Assembly: GCA_009845425.1 (NCBI GenBank)
Contig: VXZQ01000001.1
Span: 194,363-258,362 of the forward strand
From: Holophagales bacterium
GTDB lineage: Bacteria; Acidobacteriota; Thermoanaerobaculia; Multivoradales; Multivoraceae
Length of the DNA stretch: 64,000 bases
Direction: 5' to 3'
Below are positions 56,053-64,000 of this stretch, one piece after another. A model generated the notes under the pieces. The model was not told the DNA's origin. It saw only the letters and a list, made by a program, of their open reading frames with translations, and did no database searches. Numbering within the stretch: the stretch's first letter is position 1; every line of letters starts with the position of its first letter. Position numbers and translations under genes: made by a program.

Positions 56053-57447
56053 CTACAGGACCGCGTCCTCCCACTCGGAGAGCATCGTCAGCAACCTGCC
56101 CATCATCTCGTCGACCTGATCGGAGTCGATGGAGAGCGGCGGCGCGACCCAGATCGGCAGGCCCCGTGCCATCGCGGGATGGCGGGCGGCGCCGTAGAGC
56201 GAGCTGTACATCGCCAGACCATTCTTCAGCGCCAGGGACTGGAAGAGGGTCTGGGCATCGACGCTCTTGTCGAAGAAGGCCATCGTCTCCTTGTCGGCGA
56301 CGAGTTCGATCGCCATCATCAGACCCCAGCCCCGTACGTCCGCGACGGTCGGATGAGCTAGCAGTTCGTCGCGGTAGGAGAAGAGCCGCGGGCTCTGCTC
56401 GTTGCAGTTCTCGATCAGCCTCTCGTCCCGGATGATGTTGATGGCCTCGCAGGCTGCCGCGCAGCCCAGAGGGTGACCGCCGAACGTGAAACCGTGCACG
56501 AACGAGTAGCCCTTCTCGAAGGGCTCGTTGAGCCTGCGAGACACCGACACCGCGCCGAACGGCACGTAGCAACTCGTGATGCCCTTGGCCATCGTGATGA
56601 TGTCGGGATCGACGCTGAAGTGGTCCATGGCGAACCACTTCCCGGTGCGGCCGAATCCGGTGACGACCTCGTCGGCGATGATCAACACCTCGTGGCGATC
56701 GCAGATCTCCCGGATCGTGCGCCAGTAGCTGTCCGGTGGCACGCAGGCGTAGTCCGCGCCGCAGCCGTGGGGTGTCGCCAGGAAGGCGGCCACGGTCTTC
56801 GGGCCGGCGTAGTGAATCGCGGTCTCCAGCGCATGGGCGCACTGAACGCCCCACTCTTCGCGGTTCGTTCCCTCCGGCCGATCGAAGTCCGAGTACTGCC
56901 GGATGCCCGGCCACTTCGGCAACATCGGCTCGAACCGCGACTGGCTGGCGGGGTTGTGCGACACGCCCAGCGTGGCCAGCGTCATGCCGTGGTACGAGTC
57001 CCGGTGGCTGATGATCTTGTACTTCGTCGGATTGCCCAGCGCGATCTGCGCCTGGCGGGCCAGCTTGATCGCGGTCTCGACGGCCTCGGAACCGCCCGAA
57101 ACGAGGTAGGTGTGGTCGAGGTCGGCCGGCGTGATCTCGGCGAGCAGCCGACAGAACTCGGCCCGTTTCGGGCTGGCGAGAGAGGGATGGGTGTAGGCGT
57201 AGTCCTCGAGCTGCGCCGCGATCGCCCGCTTCATCCTGGGGTGGTTGTGCGGCAGGTTGACAGCCATCGGCCCACCCGAGGCGTCGAAGTAGCGATTGCC
57301 TTCCCGGTCGTAGATGAACACGCCTTCGGCGCGCTCGATCTCCACGTCCATCGGGTGATACGAGAAGACATGACGCCAGTCGCCCTCGGGGCGGAGGGGG
57401 TGGGCCAGCGGCTGCTCCAGGGTCGCGGTTGCGGGCGCGGTTGCCAT
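56053..57447 (-). CDS. class III (omega-type) PLP-dependent aminotransferase
   Basis: Class-III aminotransferase fold motifs (LVSGGSEAVETAIKLARQ, LIIADEVVTGFGRTGKWFA, PDIITMAKGITS with the PLP lysine). AGGAG RBS 8 nt before the ATG at 57447. The competing ORF 56018..57484 in another frame is rejected. Confidence 0.8.
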   Translation of the reverse strand: MATAPATATLEQPLAHPLRPEGDWRHVFSYHPMDVEIERAEGVFIYDREGNRYFDASGGPMAVNLPHNHPRMKRAIAAQLEDYAYTHPSLASPKRAEFCRLLAEITPADLDHTYLVSGGSEAVETAIKLARQAQIALGNPTKYKIISHRDSYHGMTLATLGVSHNPASQSRFEPMLPKWPGIRQYSDFDRPEGTNREEWGVQCAHALETAIHYAGPKTVAAFLATPHGCGADYACVPPDSYWRTIREICDRHEVLIIADEVVTGFGRTGKWFAMDHFSVDPDIITMAKGITSCYVPFGAVSVSRRLNEPFEKGYSFVHGFTFGGHPLGCAAACEAINIIRDERLIENCNEQSPRLFSYRDELLAHPTVADVRGWGLMMAIELVADKETMAFFDKSVDAQTLFQSLALKNGLAMYSSLYGAARHPAMARGLPIWVAPPLSIDSDQVDEMMGRLLTMLSEWEDAVL

Positions 57448-57540
57448 CGATCTTGCTCCTGACTGGGAAGGGGGAAGAAGGCATCGTAGCAAGCTGCTAC
57501 CGTTACCCGCTTCCCCGCCGGAGCCGGGGCTGGAGGAGCG

Positions 57541-59064
57541 ATGTCAGAACCCACAGGCAACGAACGGATGGAACGGATCGTGGCGCTCGCGAAGCGCCGC
57601 GGATTCGTGTTCCCGGCCTCCGACATCTACGGCGGGATCAACGGCTTCTGGGACTACGGGCCGCTCGGCGTCCAGCTCAAGAACAACCTCCGCGATGCCT
57701 GGTGGCGCGACATGGTCGAGTGCCCCCCGATCGGCCCCGACGGCACGCCGCTGTCGATCGTCGGCATCGACTCGTCGATCATCCAGAACCCCAGAGCGTG
57801 GGAGGCGAGCGGTCACGTGGGCGGCTTCTCCGACCCGATGGTCGACTGCCGCGAGACGAAGGCGCGCTTCCGGGCGGACCACCTGCACGTGCTGCGGCCG
57901 AAGCGCGAGCTCGATCCGCCCGCGTACTTCGCCTACCTCGAGGGCGAACCGGATCCGGCGGTGAGGACCGCCCGCAAGGCGATACGCGGCCGGCCGAGCG
58001 TCGACGACTTCGACTCGGTTCCCCTCTCCGAACTCGACGAGTCCGAACGGGCTCACGTCTGGGCCCCCGGCGCATCGGAGGCGGGAAGCCTGACCGAAGC
58101 GCGCGACTTCAACCTGATGTTCAAGACCTTCGTCGGCGCCGCCTCCGGCGAGGAGAACACCGCCTACCTGCGGCCCGAAACCGCCCAGGGCATCTTCCTG
58201 AACTACAAGGGCGTGCTGGACACATCGCGAGTCCGCCTGCCGTTCGGCATCGCGCAGATCGGCAAGGCCTTCCGCAACGAGGTGACCCCCAGGAACTACA
58301 TCTTCCGCACTCGCGAGTTCGAGCAGATGGAGATGGAGTGGTTCTGCCATCCCTCCGAGGCGAAGGTCTGGTTCGAGTTCTGGACCCGTTCGCGGATGGA
58401 CTGGTGGAGCGGCCTCGGTCTCGCCGGCGACCGCCTGCGTCTGCGCCGCCACGAAGCGTCCGAACTCGCCCACTACGCCCAAACCGGCGAAGGCACCTTC
58501 GACGTCGAGTACCAGTATCCGTTCACCGAGCCGGACTACGGCGAGCTGGAAGGCGTCGCCCACCGCGGCAGCTTCGACCTGGAGCAGCACCAGGAATGGA
58601 GCGGCGTCAAGCTGGAGACGTTCGACCCGGAGACGCGGGAACGGTTCGTGCCGCACGTGATCGAACCCGCCGCCGGCCTCACCCGCGGCGTCCTGGCCCT
58701 GCTCTGCGAGGCCTACTCGGTCGACGAGAGCCGGCCTTCCTCCGAACTGATGCGCTTCCCTCACCGCCTGGCGCCGATCCACGCCGGCGTCTTCCCTCTG
58801 GTCAACAAGGGCGGCATGCCGGAGATCGCGGAGGCCCTCTACCTCGAGCTGCGCCGCCGCTACCGCATCCAGTACGACGCGAAGCAGTCGATCGGCAAGC
58901 GCTACGCGCGAATGGACGAGGCCGGAACCCCTTACTGCTTCACGGTCGACGGCGAGACCGTCGAGGACCGGACGGTGACCGTGCGCGACCGCGACACGGG
59001 CACCCAGGAGCGGCTGTCGCTCGACGCCGTGCCGCGCTACCTGGACGAACGCCTCAGTCTCTGA
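57541..59064 (+). CDS. glyQS: glycine--tRNA ligase, alpha2 homodimeric type
   Basis: Class II aaRS motifs and hallmark alpha2-GlyRS segments (FVFPASDIYGGINGFWDYGPLG, GIAQIGKAFRNEVTPRNYIFRTREFEQMEMEWF), plus a C-terminal anticodon-binding domain. Confidence 0.9.
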   Translation: MSEPTGNERMERIVALAKRRGFVFPASDIYGGINGFWDYGPLGVQLKNNLRDAWWRDMVECPPIGPDGTPLSIVGIDSSIIQNPRAWEASGHVGGFSDPMVDCRETKARFRADHLHVLRPKRELDPPAYFAYLEGEPDPAVRTARKAIRGRPSVDDFDSVPLSELDESERAHVWAPGASEAGSLTEARDFNLMFKTFVGAASGEENTAYLRPETAQGIFLNYKGVLDTSRVRLPFGIAQIGKAFRNEVTPRNYIFRTREFEQMEMEWFCHPSEAKVWFEFWTRSRMDWWSGLGLAGDRLRLRRHEASELAHYAQTGEGTFDVEYQYPFTEPDYGELEGVAHRGSFDLEQHQEWSGVKLETFDPETRERFVPHVIEPAAGLTRGVLALLCEAYSVDESRPSSELMRFPHRLAPIHAGVFPLVNKGGMPEIAEALYLELRRRYRIQYDAKQSIGKRYARMDEAGTPYCFTVDGETVEDRTVTVRDRDTGTQERLSLDAVPRYLDERLSL

Positions 59065-59066
59065 AT

Positions 59067-59083
59067 CGCGCCATTCTGGCGCG
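59067..59083 (+). terminator. GC-rich hairpin CGCGCCA-ttc-TGGCGCG, 2 nt after the glyQS stop
   Basis: 7-bp perfect stem with a 3-nt loop. No U-tract, which is common in high-GC genomes. It lies in a 360-bp intergenic gap. Confidence 0.35.
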
Positions 59084-59422
59084 GTCGGTCGCCGCTGCCG
59101 ACAGGTAAGGGGCGGCAACGGCGACCAGGAGAACAAACTGAGGACGTGGCGCGGAGGAGGTCCGGGTGGAGGGACTCTGGAAGGGCTCGTCGCGTCGTGA
59201 ACGCGCGAGTCGGAGGTTCCGAGCAGGAGGCTCTACCGGCATATCGGCACTGGCAAACGGCTGACCAAGCGTGTCGAGCACGCGGCGGCGCCGCCGGTTC
59301 GCTCGCTGTAAAGGAAGGAATCTGTTCTGGAGGGGACCTCCTCCGATGGTTTCCACATCTTCGGGATGACGCTTGCAATCCCGACGCACAGGGAACAAGC
59401 AAGGGTCGTGCCAGAACGTTTG

Positions 59423-60682
59423 CTAGAGGGCTGGCTCGCGCGCCGCCCGCCGCGGGTCCTCGATCCGAATCAACTTCCGTAGCGCCAGCAGATGCAGGAC
59501 GATCGCCATCAGGAAGACGCTCTCGATCGGGGCTAGCTGGCTGACCACGCCCGCGGTCAGGAACCCCGCCACGCCACTCGCCTCGGCCAGCGAGTGGGTG
59601 GCGGCGATCCGCATGGGACGGTCACGCTCGCGGCCGAACTCGAGGACGAGGTTCTGGGACGCCAGCATCACACCTGAGAACCCCGCGCCCACCAACAGGA
59701 AGACCGCGTACGCGATCGGAAAAGCCGGTGCCCAGAGGACGGTCAGGCTGCCGAGAATCCAGGAACCGAGCGCCAGCACGTAGACGGCGCGATACCCCGA
59801 GCGGTCGCCCAGCAGGCCCCACATCAGCGCACCCACCGACTGCGCGGCCGCGAAGGTGACGGTCAGACCGGCCAGACGCGCGCCGCTGACGCCGAACCGT
59901 TCACCGACGAGGAGGACGTAGAACGGCAGGGCGCCCCGGCCGGCCCCGGTCAGCAGCCGCGCAGTGAGGAAGCGAGCGTAGTGCGGGTCGGACCGCAGAA
60001 GGTCGGGCAGCTTGCCGAGTCGGGCGCGCAGGTCGAGTCCCGCGTCGTGAACATCGAGGGCCGCCGGCTCGCGAATGAAGCCCATGAACGCCAGCCCGGT
60101 CGCGGCCAGCAGCGCGGCGCCCAGGAAGGTCAGGCCATAGCCGCGGGGAAAGCCGTGCCGGTCAAGCACCCAGCCCGCGGCCACCGAGAGGAGAATCACC
60201 GAGGTCCCGGCAGCCAGGTTTCGCGTCCCCTGGAGGCGCCCGCGACGACCGACCGGCACGGACTTCGCGAACAGCAGGTTGAACGCGACCATCTGCATGC
60301 CGCTGGAGAAACCCCACACCAGCAGCACCGGCCAGACCAGGAACACCGCGACCTCGACCGGGGCCAGCAGCGCCACCAGCGCCAGCAGCAGCATCTGGAA
60401 GCGCATCACGCCACCGAACAGCAGGGCGACCCACTTGACGTGGCGGCGGTGCTCGACCAGGGCCGCGCTCAGGACCGGCGACACGAACATGCCCAGGCTC
60501 TGGCAGGCGGAAGCCACGCCCACCGCGGCGTTGGCGCCGGTCAGGAGGTTGATGTAGGTTGGCAGGAAGGTCGGGGCCTGGAGCAGCCGGAACCCCGTCA
60601 TCCCGAGCAGGCCGTGGGCCAGGAGGGCGGCGTAGTTGCGCCGCCGGTCGAGGCGGCTGTGACCTCGGTCGGCGGAGGACAT
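59423..60682 (-). CDS. MFS transporter
   Basis: 12 predicted TM helices. The MFS loop motif (GLLGDRSGYR, resembling G-x-L-x-D-R-x-G-R-R) lies between TM2 and TM3 of the second half. Start chosen at ATG 60682. Confidence 0.7.
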   Translation of the reverse strand: MSSADRGHSRLDRRRNYAALLAHGLLGMTGFRLLQAPTFLPTYINLLTGANAAVGVASACQSLGMFVSPVLSAALVEHRRHVKWVALLFGGVMRFQMLLLALVALLAPVEVAVFLVWPVLLVWGFSSGMQMVAFNLLFAKSVPVGRRGRLQGTRNLAAGTSVILLSVAAGWVLDRHGFPRGYGLTFLGAALLAATGLAFMGFIREPAALDVHDAGLDLRARLGKLPDLLRSDPHYARFLTARLLTGAGRGALPFYVLLVGERFGVSGARLAGLTVTFAAAQSVGALMWGLLGDRSGYRAVYVLALGSWILGSLTVLWAPAFPIAYAVFLLVGAGFSGVMLASQNLVLEFGRERDRPMRIAATHSLAEASGVAGFLTAGVVSQLAPIESVFLMAIVLHLLALRKLIRIEDPRRAAREPAL

Positions 60683-60716
60683 GCCTGACCTCAAGGTAGC
60701 ACGCAGCCGGACGACG

Positions 60717-61049
60717 ATGACACTCGGAAACCAGGGCCTCAACGGCGTGCACGAGATCTTCAAGCGCATCGTCCGGCTGATTCCGGAGGGTCGCGTGGCG
60801 ACCTACGGTCAGATCGCCGCGCTGGCGAATCTCCCGCGCAACGCCCGGCAGGTCGGCTACGCGCTGGCCCGGCTGAACGACGAGACCGTGCCGTGGCACC
60901 GTGTGGTCAACGTCAGGGGCTCGATCAGCGATCGCGGATTCGACCCGCTCGAGAGCGTGGAGCGCCAGCGCTTCCTGCTCCAGGAAGAGGGCGTCGTCTT
61001 CGACCGCCGGGGCCGCATCGACCTGGAACGCTTCGGATGGAGGCCATGA
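60717..61049 (+). CDS. alkyltransferase-like (ATL) protein: MGMT-fold DNA-binding domain with Trp replacing the active-site Cys
   Basis: In VPWHRVVN the canonical MGMT site PCHRVV has W in place of C. The helix-turn-helix segment is ATYGQIAALAN. 110 aa. Confidence 0.7.
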   Translation: MTLGNQGLNGVHEIFKRIVRLIPEGRVATYGQIAALANLPRNARQVGYALARLNDETVPWHRVVNVRGSISDRGFDPLESVERQRFLLQEEGVVFDRRGRIDLERFGWRP

Positions 61050-61060
61050 GCCCGAGGGAG

Positions 61061-61972
61061 GCCATGAGCCCAGTGCGGCTCTCCACGCGCTACGGCGCGC
61101 TGCTCGCGATCGGGTTGCTCACCGCCGTGGCATGCGGCGACGCCGGACAGCGCGCCTCGGAAGCCTCGGTTCCCTCCCAGGCCCTCGCGACCGCGCCGCC
61201 GCCCGAAGGGATGGTCCGGGTGCCCGCGGGTGCCGTTCCACGTCCCGGCGGGGACCGGCAGGTCGCCGCCTTCGACCTGGACGCCTACGAAGTGACGAAC
61301 CGCGACTTCGCCGAGTTCGTCGAGACGACCGGCTTCGTGACCGAAGCCGAGCGCTGGGGCTGGTCCCTCGTCTTCCATCCGGAGGCCACCGCGAACCCCG
61401 ACCAGGAACAGCGCGTAGCCCCGACTCCCTGGTGGCTGGCCGTCGAGGGCGCGTACTGGCGTCAACCCCGCGGACCCGGTTCCGAAGCAGAAGCTGATCT
61501 CCCGGCAGTCCATGTGAGTTGGGGCGATGCAAAGGCCTACTGCGAGTGGAGCGGCAAGCGCCTGCCGACCGAGGCCGAATGGGACCTGGCCGCCGGCGCC
61601 GGCAACGCCAGCGAAGGCCACTCCCGCTACCCCTGGGGCAACGAACCCGCACCGGAAGGCGAGTGGGTTGCGAACGTCTGGCAGGGCGACTTTCCCGGCC
61701 GGGACGACGCGGTCGACGGTCACACGTACCTGGCGCCGGTCGGCTCGTATCCGCCGAACGCTTTGGGCGTCTTCGACCTCGGCGGCAACGTGTGGGAGTG
61801 GTGCGACGACTGGTACCACCCCGGAGGCGCAGGCGGCGAGAAGGTCCTGAAGGGCGGCTCCTGGCTCTGCGCGGCGAGCTACTGCGAGGGCTATCGGAAC
61901 GCGAACCGGAACCACTCCGCGCCCGACTCCGGCCTCGACAACACCGGCTTTCGTTGCGCCCGCAGCATGTAG
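61061..61972 (+). CDS. formylglycine-generating enzyme (FGE/SUMF1 family), lipoprotein
   Basis: Lipobox LLTAVAC. FGE motifs (RVPAGAVPRPGGD, AYEVTNRDFAEFV, LPTEAEWDLAA, RGGSW, and a C-terminal FRCARS). Three in-frame ATGs (61037, 61046, 61061) lie inside a 14-bp direct repeat. The exact start is uncertain. Confidence 0.8.
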   Translation, partial: AMSPVRLSTRYGALLAIGLLTAVACGDAGQRASEASVPSQALATAPPPEGMVRVPAGAVPRPGGDRQVAAFDLDAYEVTNRDFAEFVETTGFVTEAERWGWSLVFHPEATANPDQEQRVAPTPWWLAVEGAYWRQPRGPGSEAEADLPAVHVSWGDAKAYCEWSGKRLPTEAEWDLAAGAGNASEGHSRYPWGNEPAPEGEWVANVWQGDFPGRDDAVDGHTYLAPVGSYPPNALGVFDLGGNVWEWCDDWYHPGGAGGEKVLKGGSWLCAASYCEGYRNANRNHSAPDSGLDNTGFRCARSM

Positions 61973-62203
61973 CCGCGAAGCGGCGACGATCAGGCCACGA
62001 GTGCGCCCCCGGAGGGGACTTTCACGAATTCCTGAAAGTTCCAATAGTTCAGTTATATTTCGAAAAGAAAAACTCCCGCAACCAGGATTTTCGTGCTATT
62101 GTCCTTTCTCGTTTCATTTCGTACCGGCTGATCGGCGACACTTCGGCCCAATCCAGAGCCTGCACGCGTCAGCAGATCACCCCGATTCAGCGAGGAGAGA
62201 CAA

Positions 62204-63307
<1,104 letters not shown>

Positions 63308-63351
63308 GTCGACCCGCGGACGCCGGCCCCTCAGGTGGCCGGGCTACGGTT

Positions 63352-64000
63352 CTACGGATCCCGTAGCCCGGCCATCTGTTCCAACTGCTCCGCGTAGGCG
63401 GCCAGTACGCCGGCGGTGATGTCGATCTGCCATTGGGCCTCGTCCCAATCGCGCTGCTCGATCGCCTCCCGCACTCCCGGCAACGTCTTCACACCGTAGC
63501 CGGTGTACATGCCCGGCGCATAGAGATGATGCCGGAACCAGGGCCGACGCGGCAGACCCTCGCTCCGGGTCAGCCGGCGCTCGCTCTTTGTGACCAACTC
63601 GTCGAGCGCCGCCTGCGTGGCCGCGTCCCCACTCCGGACGGCATCCACCAGCGCGCGATCGGCGGCCTTCGCCGCCAGCGCAAGACGATCGTGCGCGTTC
63701 CTGAGCGGCGCGAAGTTCAGGTGCGGCGCCGGCGGATCAGCCTCCGGCTCGACGAACGGTTTCGTCGGATCGGCCGCCAGGCGCAACGCGGCGCTGTCGA
63801 GAAGCTCGTTCTCGCGCTCGATCTTCCGGCGCTCCTCGTCGGCCAGGTCCGCCACCTCGTTGATGTACCGGCCGGCGGTCGCGGCCGTCGTGCCGAACTC
63901 GAACGGGAGCACGTCGGCGTTGGCGAGCCGCAGCGTCAGACGCAGCCCGGTGCGGGCAAGCACGGCGCCGTAGACCGCACCGGGGTCGACAAACCGACGG
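63352..64000 (-). CDS. M28-family peptidase / transferrin-receptor-like dimerisation domain protein (3' part only; N-terminus beyond window end)
   Basis: The C-terminal TFR-dimer-like segment (LPRRPWFRHHLYAPGMYTGYG) resembles PSMA/NAALADase-like proteins. The frame stays open to nt 64000. Confidence 0.55.
   Translation of the reverse strand, partial: RRFVDPGAVYGAVLARTGLRLTLRLANADVLPFEFGTTAATAGRYINEVADLADEERRKIERENELLDSAALRLAADPTKPFVEPEADPPAPHLNFAPLRNAHDRLALAAKAADRALVDAVRSGDAATQAALDELVTKSERRLTRSEGLPRRPWFRHHLYAPGMYTGYGVKTLPGVREAIEQRDWDEAQWQIDITAGVLAAYAEQLEQMAGLRDP

Noticed and set aside
56018-57484. Alternative 488-aa ORF overlapping the aminotransferase in a different frame
   Set aside because: The 56053..57492 frame contains the class-III aminotransferase PLP-lysine and Rossmann motifs and an AGGAG RBS at the ATG 57447. 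The other frame has no motifs.
57448-57540. Possible T-box riboswitch leader upstream of glyQS
   Set aside because: The intergenic region is only 93 nt, far shorter than a T-box leader (over 200 nt), and lacks the T-box consensus. The inverted repeat GTAGCA-N3-TGCTAC there was noted but is too short to interpret.
59064-59423. 360-bp intergenic gap after glyQS checked for a tRNA, sRNA or small gene
   Set aside because: No cloverleaf-compatible T-arm or anticodon-stem pattern. The listed small ORFs are low-complexity. Only a GC hairpin directly after glyQS was kept (as a low-confidence terminator).

Overview
This is a 64 kb, gene-dense bacterial chromosomal segment with very high GC (roughly 65-70%). 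I could not assign a lineage from the sequence alone. Almost all of it is protein-coding (about 50 CDS), and the six-frame track contains many long spurious antisense or out-of-frame ORFs that come from the GC bias. I found no rRNA, tRNA, CRISPR array or recognisable transposase or integrase.

The window breaks into the following blocks:
(1) A histidine-rich metal-homeostasis module at 2.0-8.2 kb. It holds an RcnA/NicO-like permease with a His-rich loop, a P1B-type ATPase whose reading frame runs without a stop into a C-terminal HflK-like SPFH domain, a His-tailed HflC-like protein and a second HflK-like protein. The three downstream genes are linked by ATGA overlaps. This is the most unusual feature of the window.
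(2) A sulfotransferase / 2x SDR / SRPBCC mini-cluster, followed by a Tat-signal PhoD-like phosphatase and a DUF5916/CBM9-like protein.
(3) Two tandem FG-GAP repeat paralogs diverging from a TetR gene across a promoter that carries two 17-bp palindromic operators.
(4) A divergent pair of PQQ-dependent alcohol dehydrogenases, one of them a quinohemoprotein.
(5) An RHH-PIN (VapBC) toxin-antitoxin pair with a 25-bp palindromic operator, plus a convergent orphan Phd/YefM-like antitoxin.
(6) A 1155-aa DUF3604-beta-lactamase fusion next to a tandem triplication of secreted M24-type peptidases with a duplicated leader.
(7) An organosulfur/sulfur-oxidation neighbourhood: two lipoprotein arylsulfatases (Cys-type), a formylglycine-generating enzyme, SorAB-like sulfite dehydrogenase, MsrA and an alkyltransferase-like (ATL) protein.
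(8) A GAF sigma-54 activator followed by a canonical -24/-12 promoter driving a TIGR02001-like beta-barrel protein. A striking 35-nt inverted repeat lies between the activator and the promoter.
(9) An ECF sigma / anti-sigma / PDZ / FAD-oxidoreductase operon behind a GGAAC-N16-CGTT promoter.
(10) Housekeeping genes: rarA, alpha2-type glycyl-tRNA synthetase, a class-III aminotransferase, an acyl-CoA ligase and an enoyl-CoA hydratase.

All family assignments rest on motifs read directly from the translations. No database search was possible.
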